From contig NZ_LN831024.1 of assembly GCF_001457615.1 (NCBI RefSeq), positions 3,390,001 through 3,422,000 on the forward strand: a stretch of 32,000 bases of DNA. The letters are read 5' to 3'. Of the stretch, positions 1 through 8,843 are shown one piece after another (position 1 is the stretch's first letter; each line of letters begins with the position of its first letter). The position numbers and the translations under genes were made by a program. A model generated the notes under the pieces. The model ran no database searches. It saw only the letters and a program-made list of their open reading frames with translations, and had not been told where the DNA came from. This stretch comes from Pseudomonas aeruginosa. GTDB taxonomy: Bacteria; Pseudomonadota; Gammaproteobacteria; Pseudomonadales; Pseudomonadaceae.

Positions 1-1
1 T

Positions 2-1915
2 GAAGCCGCATCCCAGCCAGGGGTCTTCACCCTCAATGAGGGCAACATTGAGGCGGAAGCTGCCCTCGCAGTGGCCGAGAAAGCAATCGCTGAGCTGACG
101 ATCGCCCATGATACTGAAATGGAGAAGGGCATTAACTGCAAGAATGCTCAGCAGCAAGCTCATGAGGCGCTACTGGACAGTGTATGGAAGCCTAAGCGTG
201 GCTTCGATAACACCGCTTTGGCTTACTGCTTCAGGTCGCTCAACACCAAAGAGCGTTTACTTGATGCAGTCCGAAGCGTCCAGCTTGTGGCAACCTCTGA
301 CACCGCTCAGGGGCTACTCAGCGAGGCGGCAGAACTTAACGAGGCCAGTGATAAAGAGCTGCCCGGAATCGCGCCAATCACCTTCCAGGCGGGTAAGCTA
401 GAAACCGATCCGATCATGCAGGAAGTCATCACTGGGTCAGGCGATTCCTACCTTTCTGCGTTCATTCAGCAACTGGGAAATTCGGATTGGGTCAAGCAGG
501 CACTGCGCTATGAGGTCGAGGCAAAAGACCAGTGCCCACTATGCCAGCAGTCCTTGCCGCAGGATTTCTATACTGAAATTCGTAAAGTCTTCGATAAAAC
601 CTATCAGCAGCGCATTGATTTGCTGCAGCAATTCGAAAGCCAATACCGAGACGCGGTGGATCAATTTCTGCGACGGTACGAGGCTCCGGAATATCAGCTG
701 CAAGCCATAAAGCTCCGTGTCACCAGACTTCACGCTGTCTTCCAGAAAAACCTGCAATCCCTCGCTACAAAGCTCGCCAGTCCATCCCTTACGATTACGT
801 TGGAGTCCACTGCAACATTGGTCGCAGAGTTGAACAGTGAGATCGCGGCTGAGCAACTGAAAATCGACGCTATCAATGCGAGGATAAAAAACAGGAAGCA
901 GCATGAGGAGGACATCAAGCGACGCTTCTGGAGCTGGTACAGAGCTTCGTGCGACGCGGCTTTCGTGGCATTCGAAAAGGTCGATAAGGAGCAGGGGCGC
1001 CAACGCCAGGCCGCCAAGGATGAGGTTCAGTCTCTGCGGGATCGCATTCAGGCACAACGCGATATCATTGCCCAATCCAGGGCGGCCATCAGGAACATCG
1101 ACCAGTCGGTCGAGAGTATCAATAATTGGTTGCGGGTGTTGGGTCTGAAGGGCTTCGCGCTGATTAAAGAAGAGGGCCCGGTGCCACAATATCGTCTTGA
1201 ACGTCCTGGCCAGACTGAAGGGGTGTTCAGAACGCTAAGTGAGGGCGAAAAAACGCTGATCTCGTTCCTCTACTTCCTTGAGGTCTGCAATGGCGAGCTG
1301 GACACAGCTAGTGGGACGCTCAAGCGTGATCGCATCATCGTCATCGATGACCCAATATCGAGCCTCTCCCATAACTATGTCTACGATATTGCGTCGCTGA
1401 TCAGGCGGCAGGTGCTCATCCCGAGAGACCGGTTCAAACAGGTGATCATTCTGACGCACAACCTTTTCTTCTTCCACGAAATGGTCAAGCTCTTGAAGGA
1501 TGACGGAGAAAGATCCTTGGCAATGTTCCGGATCACCAAGTCCGAATACAGCTCGGTCGTGACCATGGAAGAGCGCGAAATCCAGAACGACTACCAAGCC
1601 TTCTGGCAAACCATCAAGGACGCGTTGCAAGGCCGAACTTCCCCTAACGTGATCCCGAACATGATGCGCAATATCTTGGAGTACTACTTCAGCTTCGTGC
1701 ATCAGACGCAAAGCCTGCGCCAGGCGTTGACTGATCTTAGCGAGGAGAATCCAGAGTTCAGAGCGCTTTACCGATACATCAACCGTGAATCACATGCTGA
1801 CTCGGTTAACCTAACTGACTTCGGCGAGATCGATCCGGAGATCTTCGTCGCGCGGTTTAAGGATGTGTTCATCAGAACCAATTTCGAATCTCACTTCGAC
1901 AAGATGATGGCATAG
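2..1915 (+). CDS. PrrC/RloC-like AAA_13 (ABC/SMC-fold) ATPase with its N-terminus outside the window; candidate anticodon-nuclease-type defence protein
   Basis: The frame is open from nt 2; the track ORF 71..1915 merely begins at an internal GTG. ABC-signature-like LSEGEKT (1235-1252), Walker B IIVIDDP (1334-1354) and ILTHN are present. CPLC (533-544) sits inside long coiled-coil-like sequence. The C-terminus has R-NIL-E (1667-1681) and NRESH (1781-1795). No Walker A is present in the window, so the nucleotide-binding N-terminus lies upstream. G+C is visibly lower than in the rest of the window. Confidence 0.7.
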   Translation, partial: EAASQPGVFTLNEGNIEAEAALAVAEKAIAELTIAHDTEMEKGINCKNAQQQAHEALLDSVWKPKRGFDNTALAYCFRSLNTKERLLDAVRSVQLVATSDTAQGLLSEAAELNEASDKELPGIAPITFQAGKLETDPIMQEVITGSGDSYLSAFIQQLGNSDWVKQALRYEVEAKDQCPLCQQSLPQDFYTEIRKVFDKTYQQRIDLLQQFESQYRDAVDQFLRRYEAPEYQLQAIKLRVTRLHAVFQKNLQSLATKLASPSLTITLESTATLVAELNSEIAAEQLKIDAINARIKNRKQHEEDIKRRFWSWYRASCDAAFVAFEKVDKEQGRQRQAAKDEVQSLRDRIQAQRDIIAQSRAAIRNIDQSVESINNWLRVLGLKGFALIKEEGPVPQYRLERPGQTEGVFRTLSEGEKTLISFLYFLEVCNGELDTASGTLKRDRIIVIDDPISSLSHNYVYDIASLIRRQVLIPRDRFKQVIILTHNLFFFHEMVKLLKDDGERSLAMFRITKSEYSSVVTMEEREIQNDYQAFWQTIKDALQGRTSPNVIPNMMRNILEYYFSFVHQTQSLRQALTDLSEENPEFRALYRYINRESHADSVNLTDFGEIDPEIFVARFKDVFIRTNFESHFDKMMA

Positions 1916-2046
1916 CTAGCCATGTATTCTGGGATGGCTGCGTCAAGGCGTATGTGTTCGCTCCTTCTACCGGGAACGACCGGATAACCTGGAATTGCAC
2001 GAGGGCTGATCTTCCCATATTCGGCATCAACTGATAGCATTTAGCC

Positions 2047-2287
2047 TGCAGCTACCACCCAAGGGCTCTCCTTCCTGCCTGGCACTCATCTGCTCGCTTT
2101 GCACGTGGGGTGTAAAGGCTATCAGCGGCCCGCTGAGATCAGATGGAGAATACGCCATGACCGATCATGGGAAAGTTGTCTTGGTTCGCCAGTACAACCG
2201 TTTCCGGTTTGGGCAATGGGAAACCGTGTGCATGCACATGCGCTCCCTACCGCGCCGGTAATTGAACGTACCTAGGTGGTAGCTGCA
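2047..2287. repeat. Perfect 13-bp inverted repeat pair bracketing a 241-bp unit
   Basis: TGCAGCTACCACC (2047-2059) is the exact reverse complement of GGTGGTAGCTGCA (2275-2287). The right arm is followed by CTTCTTTTTC. The pair encloses the 34-codon ORF at 2157..2261. Confidence 0.6.
2157..2261 (+). CDS. Hypothetical 34-aa micro-ORF (MTDHGKVVLVRQYNRFRFGQWETVCMHMRSLPRR)
   Basis: ATG at 2157 is preceded by GGAGA about 7 nt upstream, and TAA is at 2259-2261. It is too short for the ORF track. It lies inside the inverted-repeat unit. There is no recognisable domain, so coding status is uncertain. Confidence 0.25.
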   Translation: MTDHGKVVLVRQYNRFRFGQWETVCMHMRSLPRR

Positions 2288-2541
2288 CTTCTTTTTCTAG
2301 ACCTTCTTCGCTACCTAATCAGCGTTCCTTTCGATTTGCTTCCAACGCGCTATAGACAGGAAATCGAATGACTGCTTCTGGCCGTATACAGCCCCTCCCT
2401 AAGCCATAGCCCTTCCCCATACCTGAACGGCACACCTATTGCCACCCGCAAAACCACAACCTCCCCCGCTGCTAACCGCAATAGCTGCGGCTTGAGTGTC
2501 GCGGATCGGTTTTTGGAATGTGGTGTTGGCCCTCACCCCAA

Positions 2542-2565
2542 CCCTCTCCCGCACGCGGGAGAGGG
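2542..2565. repeat. GC-rich perfect hairpin (CCCTCTCCCG-CACG-CGGGAGAGGG) of a repeat-element type common in proteobacterial intergenic DNA
   Basis: 10-bp perfect stem with a 4-nt loop, read directly. Its translation gives the ...LTPTLSRTRERG... pseudo-peptide I recognise from dispersed intergenic repeats in Pseudomonas and related genera. It sits at the low-GC/high-GC junction. Confidence 0.4.
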
Positions 2566-2804
2566 GGCCGGGCGTGCCTTGTGGGTCGAGCGCCTCGCTC
2601 GGGCGCAGCCTGGAACGATGTCTACCCTCCCCTAGCCCCGGGCATCTGGAATCTGGAATTCGGCCCCCAGCCCAGGCAACCAGAAGCACCGGAAACGCGC
2701 CCTGAATGATTTCAGATTCGCGCCGAAACCTTCGAAAGCCGTTTCCTCGCACCCGAAAGCCGCCGAGGCTGCCCTGCGGCTTTCGCTGCGCAACGGCTAC
2801 CCGC

Positions 2805-3185
2805 CTACTTGCACCGGTCGCTCAGCCTGACCAGCGATGCGCCGTACACCGCGTCGTCCTCGGAGGCGAAGATCGCCTCGCCTTCGACGGTGGCTCCCGG
2901 CTTGAGGGTCTCGGCGGTGAGTTCCTCGTCCACGGTATCCAGCCTGAAGGACTGGCCGGCGGCGGACTGCGCCACCAGGCAGCTGTTCTTCAGGCTGATC
3001 TCGCTCTTCGCCGCATTCACCAGGCGGACCTTGAAGGCCTGGGTGCGGAAGTGCTTGTCGCCGACGGATACGCTGCCCTTGTCGCCCTGGCGGGCGAAGA
3101 CCATCACTGCGTCCGGCGCGGCGGCGAAGCCGAGGGAAGGAGCGGCCAGCAGGCCGGCCAGGGTCAGGGCCATTGCGTTCTTCAT
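2805..3185 (-). CDS. Small secreted protein of unknown function (126 aa)
   Basis: Track ORF 2805..3263 trimmed to the internal ATG at 3185, which is preceded by AAGGAA. The N-terminus MKNAMALTLAGLLAAPSLGFAAAP is a classic Sec signal peptide. No catalytic motif is recognisable. Confidence 0.75.
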   Translation of the reverse strand: MKNAMALTLAGLLAAPSLGFAAAPDAVMVFARQGDKGSVSVGDKHFRTQAFKVRLVNAAKSEISLKNSCLVAQSAAGQSFRLDTVDEELTAETLKPGATVEGEAIFASEDDAVYGASLVRLSDRCK

Positions 3186-3678
3186 ACTGATTTCCTTTGG
3201 CAAAGACTGAACGACCCGGTGATTTTCCGTGGGTCTTTTCGCCGCGATCAAGCGCAGTGCCAAGGAATGCGGGGCGCCTCGTGTTCTGCAAGTCGGAGGG
3301 TTTCCAGCGGAACTTTTCCCGCAACCGTGCTTCCAGGCGAAAACCGCTCGCTACGCGGAACGCCGGTCTTCCAACCCACACGATCCTCGCGCCCGCCAGG
3401 CTGTCCTCGAACGCTTGCAACCACAGGCCGGACGCTCGGCCCAGGCGATGGCCCAATGGGCGCCGGGCAGGTCCGCTTCGGCGTGGCCGCGATGCAACAA
3501 GTGCGCCTGGACCGGCATCGCGGTAGCGCTCGGCGAGGGCGCCACCGAGGCTGTCGGCGGCATGTCGTGTTCGACTCCGTTGCGGGTGGCGAGCGGGGCC
3601 TGCGATCTTCCCTTGGGGGAGAGTCCAGCCCGGCGACCCGGCAGGTGGCCGCCAAGCCGCTTGCGCAGGCTGCCGGGC

Positions 3679-5883
3679 TCAGCCGAGCAACTTGTCGACG
3701 GTCAGCGGGAAGTCGCGCAGGCGGCGGCCGGTGGCGTGGTACACGGCATTCGCCACTGCGGCGGCGACGCCGACGATGCCTATTTCGCCGACGCCCTTGG
3801 AGCCCAGTTCGTTAACGATATCGTCGGGTTCGTCAACGAAGATCACCTCGATATCGCCAATATCGGCGTTAACCGGGATGTGGTACTCGGCGAGGTTGTG
3901 GTTCATGCAGCGGCCCAGCGCATGGTCGACCTGGGTTTCCTCCTGCAAGGCCATGCCCAGGCCCCAGACCACCCCGCCGAGTATCTGGCTGCGAGCGGTC
4001 TTCGGGTTGATCACCCGCCCCGCCGCGACCGCGCTGACCACCCGGCTCACACGCAGGGTACCGAGGGCTTCGTCGATCCGCACCTCGACGAATACCGCCG
4101 AATGGGTCGCGGTGGCGTAGCCTTTGCGCCGCGCCGAGGGTTCAGCTTCCACCTCCACCTGCAACGCGTCTTCCGGCAGCCCTTGCAGCAGGTCGGCCAG
4201 GGCGTATCGCGTATCGCCCGCTTCCAGATGGCCACGGCATATGCGGAAGCGTTCTTCGGCGGTGCCGGCCAGCTCCGGATGGCGGGCCCTGGCATGGGCG
4301 ACCAGGGCCTGGCGCAGGCGCAGGCAGGCCAGGCGGACGGCGGAACCGACCGACGAGACGGTGAACGAGCCGCCCTGCAATGGAGCCTTGGGCAACGCAC
4401 TGTCGCCAAGCTGGAAGCGCACCTCTTCCGGCGCCATGCCAGCGGCGTCGGCGGCGATCTGGGTCATCACCGTGTAGGTGCCGGTGCCGATATCCGTGGT
4501 CGCGCTGGCCACCCGCAGCAGGCCGTCCGCCTCCAGCCGCGCCCTCGCGCTGGCCTTGCTCTGCATGGCCTCCCAGACGCCACCGGCCATGCCCCAGCCG
4601 AGCAACTGGCGCCCTTCGCTCATGCTCCGTGGCCGTGGGTCGCGGGCCTGCCAACCGAAGCGCCGGGCGCCCTCCTCGTAGCAGGCCAGCAGCGCCTTGC
4701 TGGAGTACGGCTTGTCCTCGTTGCCGTTGCGCTCGGCGAAGTTGAACCGGCGCAGCGCGATGGGGTCCATGCCGAGCCGCACCGCCAGTTCGTCCATCGC
4801 GCATTCCAGCCCGATCAGTCCCAGCGCCGCGCCGGGGGCGCGCATGTCCAGCGGGGTATAGACGTCCAGCGGCACCAGACGGTAGGCCAGGGAAAGGTTC
4901 TCGCAGCGATAGAGCATGCCGCTCCACTCCACCACGTGCTCGGTGAAGTCTTCGAAGCGCGAGGTCTGCGCTGTCGCCTGGTGGCCCAGCGCAAGCAGGC
5001 GCCCCTCGGCATCGGCGCCCAGTTGCAGGCGCTGCAGGGTGCGCGGCCGGTAGCCGAAGGTGAACATCTGCTGGCGGGTCAGCACTACGCGCACCGACCG
5101 CCGCAGTTGCAGCGCCGCCATCACCGCCAGGGCCAACTGGTATTGCGGACGCAGGCCGGAGCCGAAGGCGCCGCCGACGTAGGCGGCACAGACCCTTACC
5201 TTGTCGGCGGGCAGGCGGAAGACCTTTTGCAGGTAGGCCTGGCTGTTCTGCGTCCCCTGGGTCTTGTCGTGCACCAGCAGGCTGCCGTCGGGCTGGACGA
5301 TGACCGTGGACGCGTGCGGTTCCATGGGATTGTGGTGCTCGATCGGCGTGCTGTAGCTGGCCTCGACCCGAATCGGCGCGGCGCGGTAGGCGGTGTAGAA
5401 ATCGCCGCGCTCGGCGGGCAGTTGGGCGGGAGCCTCATGGGCCTGGTCGAGGGCGGCCAGCAGGTCGGTCTGGTGCGGCTCGGGCTCGATATCGATGCGC
5501 AGCAGCGAGCCCGCGTAGCGGGCCAGTTCCAGGCTCCGTGCCAGGACCAGGGCAAGGGGCTGGCCGCTGTACAGGACGCGGTCGTCGAACAGCGGGCGGA
5601 AGGGTTCGCCTTCGGCGGCATCAGCGTCCTTGTAGGGCTCGTCGTCGCCCGCCATCGGCGGCCGGTTCAGGTGATGCAGTACCGCGGCCACCCCGGGTAC
5701 CGCCAGGGCCGCCGCACAGTCGATGCCGCGCACCCGGCCGCGGGCGACGTCGCTGCTGACCACGCTGCCGTGGAGCAGGTCGGCGGCAGGATATTCGGCG
5801 GCGTAGCGAGCCTGGCCGGTGACCTTGGCTGGCCCGTCGACGCGATCCAGGGCTTGCCCGGTGCTGTGTGGCAGGCTGCTCAT
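3679..5883 (-). CDS. Xanthine dehydrogenase/aldehyde oxidase family molybdopterin-binding large subunit (PaoC/YagR-like)
   Basis: 734 aa. The N-terminal LDRVDGPAKVTGQARYAAEY motif and the length are typical of Moco subunits. The start overlaps the upstream stop (ATGA, 5880-5883). Confidence 0.93.
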   Translation of the reverse strand: MSSLPHSTGQALDRVDGPAKVTGQARYAAEYPAADLLHGSVVSSDVARGRVRGIDCAAALAVPGVAAVLHHLNRPPMAGDDEPYKDADAAEGEPFRPLFDDRVLYSGQPLALVLARSLELARYAGSLLRIDIEPEPHQTDLLAALDQAHEAPAQLPAERGDFYTAYRAAPIRVEASYSTPIEHHNPMEPHASTVIVQPDGSLLVHDKTQGTQNSQAYLQKVFRLPADKVRVCAAYVGGAFGSGLRPQYQLALAVMAALQLRRSVRVVLTRQQMFTFGYRPRTLQRLQLGADAEGRLLALGHQATAQTSRFEDFTEHVVEWSGMLYRCENLSLAYRLVPLDVYTPLDMRAPGAALGLIGLECAMDELAVRLGMDPIALRRFNFAERNGNEDKPYSSKALLACYEEGARRFGWQARDPRPRSMSEGRQLLGWGMAGGVWEAMQSKASARARLEADGLLRVASATTDIGTGTYTVMTQIAADAAGMAPEEVRFQLGDSALPKAPLQGGSFTVSSVGSAVRLACLRLRQALVAHARARHPELAGTAEERFRICRGHLEAGDTRYALADLLQGLPEDALQVEVEAEPSARRKGYATATHSAVFVEVRIDEALGTLRVSRVVSAVAAGRVINPKTARSQILGGVVWGLGMALQEETQVDHALGRCMNHNLAEYHIPVNADIGDIEVIFVDEPDDIVNELGSKGVGEIGIVGVAAAVANAVYHATGRRLRDFPLTVDKLLG

Positions 5884-6869
5884 TGGCCGATCCCTCCCGA
5901 GTGGGCTTCTTCCAGTGCGCGAACGATGGCGTTGCGCGCCAATCCGATCTTGAAGGCGTTGTGGGCCAGCGGCCTGGCGTCACGCAGCAGCGCTTCGGCG
6001 AAGCGGACATAGCTGTCCCGGTTCGCCGGGTGGCCCCTGAAACGTTCCTCCAGCTCTGCGACGCGCCATGGCTTGTGGGCCACGCCGCCGAGCGCCAGGC
6101 GCAGTTCGCCAATGCGCTCGCCGTCCGGTTCCAGGGCCGCCGCCACCGAGACCAGGGCGAAGGCGTAGGAGGCCCGGTCGCGCACCTTCAGGTAGTGGCA
6201 ATGCCGGGCGAAGCGCGGTGCTGGCAGCTCGATGGCGGTGACCAGTTCGTCGACGGCCAGGCAGTTGTCGCGCTCGGGCGTGTCTGCCGGCAGGCGATGG
6301 AAGTCGGCGAAAGCGACCCGCCGCTCGCCAGCGCGGCCGCGCACCAGTACCTGAGCCTCCAGCGCCGCCAGCGCCACGCACAGGTCGGATGGATGTACCG
6401 CCACGCAGTGTTCGCTGGCGCCGAGGATCGCATGGTTGCGGTTCAGCCCGCTGCGCGCGGGGCATCCGCTGCCCGGCTCGCGCTTGTTGCATGGCGTGCC
6501 GGTGTCGTAGAAATACTGGCAGCGGGTACGCTGCAACAGGTTGCCGCCGGTGCTGGCCATGTTGCGCAACTGCGGCGAGGCGCCGGCGAGGATCGCCTGG
6601 GCTAGCAAGGGATAGTCCGCCTCCACGGCGGGATTCCAGGCCAGTTCGGCGTTGCTGACCAGGGCTCCGACCAGCAGGCCGCCGGTGGGCGTCCGGCGGA
6701 TGTCGCGCAGCGGGAGGCCGGTGATGTCGATGAGTCGCCGGGGCCTGGCAACGTTTTCCTTCATCAGGTCGAGCAGGTTGGTGCCACCGGCGATGTAGCG
6801 CGACTCCGGGCCGGCGAGGCCCAGCGCCTGCTCGATGTCGGCCGGCTTGGCATAGGCGAAGGGCGTCAT
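5880..6869 (-). CDS. FAD-binding subunit of the molybdenum hydroxylase (PaoB/CoxM-like)
   Basis: Track ORF 5880..7064 trimmed to ATG 6869 (MTPFAYAKPADIEQAL...). YIAGGTNLLDLMK is an FAD-binding motif. There are ATGA overlaps with both neighbours. The 65-codon N-terminal extension in the track is Arg/Pro-rich and overlaps the upstream gene. Confidence 0.88.
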   Translation of the reverse strand: MTPFAYAKPADIEQALGLAGPESRYIAGGTNLLDLMKENVARPRRLIDITGLPLRDIRRTPTGGLLVGALVSNAELAWNPAVEADYPLLAQAILAGASPQLRNMASTGGNLLQRTRCQYFYDTGTPCNKREPGSGCPARSGLNRNHAILGASEHCVAVHPSDLCVALAALEAQVLVRGRAGERRVAFADFHRLPADTPERDNCLAVDELVTAIELPAPRFARHCHYLKVRDRASYAFALVSVAAALEPDGERIGELRLALGGVAHKPWRVAELEERFRGHPANRDSYVRFAEALLRDARPLAHNAFKIGLARNAIVRALEEAHSGGIGQ

Positions 6870-7378
6870 GCGCGCTGCCCTCCCTGTCCGTCGCGATCGA
6901 GCAGCGGCAAGGCGTCTTCCACAGCGTCGAGGATATTGCCGTAGGCGCCGCAGCGGCACAGGTTGCCGCTCATGCCCTCGCGGATCTCCGCCCGCGAGCG
7001 CGCCCGCCCCTCGCTCGCCAGGCCAAGGGCCGAACAGATCTGTCCGGGCGTGCAGTAGCCGCACTGGAAGGCATCATGGCGGATGAACGCCTGTTGCAGG
7101 GGATGCAGGCGATCACCCTCGGCCAGACCTTCGATGGTAGTCAGTGCATCGCCGTCGCACATCACCGCCAGCGTCAGGCAGGCGTTGATCCGGCGACCGT
7201 TGCGCAACACCGTGCAAGCGCCGCATTGGCCGTGGTCGCAGCCCTTCTTGCTGCCCACTAGGTCGAGCCGCTCGCGCAGCAGGTCGAGCAGCGTCAGCCA
7301 CGGGGGTACTCTCAACTCTCGGCGCTGGCCATTGATCAGCAGGCTGATCGGCAGGTCCGCCGGCTCCGGATTGGTCAT
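6866..7378 (-). CDS. [2Fe-2S]-binding small subunit of the molybdenum hydroxylase (PaoA/YagT-like, without a Tat signal)
   Basis: 170 aa. Cysteine clusters CDHGQCGACTV, CGYCTPG and NLCRCGAY are present. The N-terminus MTNPEPADLPISLLING has no twin-arginine motif. Confidence 0.93.
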   Translation of the reverse strand: MTNPEPADLPISLLINGQRRELRVPPWLTLLDLLRERLDLVGSKKGCDHGQCGACTVLRNGRRINACLTLAVMCDGDALTTIEGLAEGDRLHPLQQAFIRHDAFQCGYCTPGQICSALGLASEGRARSRAEIREGMSGNLCRCGAYGNILDAVEDALPLLDRDGQGGQRA

Positions 7379-7547
7379 GGTACAAGCCTCACGGTCGGTG
7401 CATCGGCGCGGCGGATGCCGCTTTTTCAGGTCCGACCGAACGGCTCGAAGATATGTTCAAAGTAAATGACGGCCATGGCCATGCCACAAAGGCGGGCGGA
7501 TGCTCGACGCCTGCGCCGCTATCGGCCGCCGGAGCCCTGCGCCGAGG

Positions 7548-8843
7548 TCACTTGAACAGGCTCGACACCACCCGCGCCACGTGCTCGGCGCCCTTGCTGA
7601 TCTCCTGCATGATGCCGGCCACGGTGGTGATCTGGTTGTTGTTCTCCTGGGCGCTGGACTCGATGGTCTGCATGTTGTGGTTGATCTGCTGGGTCAGCTT
7701 GACGTTCTCGGTGACCACGTTCTTGATCTCCACCGTGGCGCCGCTGGTGCGCGCCGCCAGTTGCCGCACCTCGTCGGCGACCACCGCGAAGCCGCGCCCC
7801 ATGTCGCCGGCGCGAGCCGCCTCGATGGCGGCGTTGAGGGCCAGCAGGTTGGTCTGTTCGGCGACGCTCTGGATGGTGGTGACGATGTTCTCGATGTCCT
7901 TGGTCTGGTGGGTGAGCTGGGAAATCAGGCCGACGGCGGTGTTGACCATCGACAGGGTCTTGGCCGACAGGGCGACGGACTGGTCGAGGGAGTCGATGCC
8001 GCGGGTGGAAATCTGCGCGGTCTCTTCCGCGGTGGAGAACGACAGCTCGGCGGCGCGCCGTACCTCCTCGTTGCGATTGACCTGCTCGGTAACGTCGATG
8101 GCGAACTTGATGACCTTGATTATCCGCCCCGAACTGTCCTTGACCGGGTTGTAGGTGGCTTCGATATGTACCCGCTCGCCGGCGGCGCTGCGGCGCTCGA
8201 AATGCCCGCGGGAGAATTCGCCGTGCCGCAGCCGAGCCCAGAAATCCGGGTTCTCCCGATAGAACTCGTCGAAGCAGAGCATGCGGTGGTGCTGGCCCTT
8301 GAGCGACTTGAGGCTGTAGCCGAAGAGACGCAGGAAGTTCTCGTTGGCATCGAGTATCTCGCCGTCCGGGGTGAACTCGATGACCGCCATGGACTGGCGT
8401 ATGGCGTCGTTGATCGCGTTGAGCAGGAGCAGTTCGGAATGGTTGCGGGTCACGTCGGCGGCGATCTTCAGCACCTCGACGACCGCCCCTTCGGCATTCT
8501 TCACCGGGAAATAGGTGGCCTCCAGCCAGACCGGCGTACCATCGCGCCGCAGGCGCTTGAACACGCCGCGCTGGGGCGTGCCGCTGGCCAGTTCCTTCCA
8601 GAAGCGCACGTAGGCGGCGGAGGCCTGGTAGTCCTCGTCGCAGAAGATCCGGTGGTGCTTGCCGACCAGTTCGTCCGCCGAATAGCCGACCGCCGCGAGG
8701 AACAGCGGGTTGGCGGACAGTATCTGGCCATCGGGAGTGAAACGGATGGTGGCGACGTTCTGCCCGATGGCATCGAGTCGCCACGCCAAGTCTTCATCCT
8801 TGGCGGCGCTTTCCACCGCCCTGCTTTTTCTGCCGAAGAGCAT
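7548..8843 (-). CDS. mcpS: Soluble methyl-accepting chemotaxis protein with two PAS domains
   Basis: 431 aa with no hydrophobic TM segment. Two PAS-like repeats are present ([18 protein letters not shown]..., [18 protein letters not shown]...). The conserved MCP signalling hairpin [35 protein letters not shown] is present. AAGGAG precedes ATG 8843. The gene name comes from my recollection of the P. aeruginosa soluble MCP. Confidence 0.88.
   Translation of the reverse strand: MLFGRKSRAVESAAKDEDLAWRLDAIGQNVATIRFTPDGQILSANPLFLAAVGYSADELVGKHHRIFCDEDYQASAAYVRFWKELASGTPQRGVFKRLRRDGTPVWLEATYFPVKNAEGAVVEVLKIAADVTRNHSELLLLNAINDAIRQSMAVIEFTPDGEILDANENFLRLFGYSLKSLKGQHHRMLCFDEFYRENPDFWARLRHGEFSRGHFERRSAAGERVHIEATYNPVKDSSGRIIKVIKFAIDVTEQVNRNEEVRRAAELSFSTAEETAQISTRGIDSLDQSVALSAKTLSMVNTAVGLISQLTHQTKDIENIVTTIQSVAEQTNLLALNAAIEAARAGDMGRGFAVVADEVRQLAARTSGATVEIKNVVTENVKLTQQINHNMQTIESSAQENNNQITTVAGIMQEISKGAEHVARVVSSLFK

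Noticed and set aside
2047-2400. Retron msr-msd ncRNA, suggested by flanking inverted repeats next to a defence gene.
   Set aside because: No reverse transcriptase ORF follows. Core-genome sequence begins within ~200 bp and no other retron hallmark could be identified by eye.
2797-3678. The reading frame stays open for ~290 codons directly after the TGA stop of the molybdopterin subunit. I considered a read-through or selenocysteine extension, or a decayed GNAT-like gene in the 490-bp gap.
   Set aside because: There are many rare codons (AGA, AGG, CGA, GGA, GTA, TTG) and only moderate third-position GC. No convincing motif appears in any of the three minus frames, no SECIS-like context is evident, and the frame overlaps the real secreted-protein gene out of frame.
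3229-6012. A 927-aa plus-strand ORF. Similar very long antisense or off-frame ORFs occur at 7500..9485, 10093..11790, 12565..15009, 16010..18010, 18022..19500 and 22692..24794.
   Set aside because: Each lies opposite or out of frame to a gene with clear family motifs. Their translations are Arg/Ala/Gly/Pro-rich low-complexity sequence typical of stop-codon-poor alternative frames in high-GC DNA. No motifs or ribosome-binding sites support them.
7407-7425. GCGGC-GGAT-GCCGC followed by TTTTT, considered as the mcpS terminator.
   Set aside because: The T-run follows the hairpin only on the plus strand, where no gene ends. On the minus strand, where mcpS ends, the hairpin is preceded rather than followed by the A/T run. 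It more likely lies in the leader of the oxidoreductase operon.
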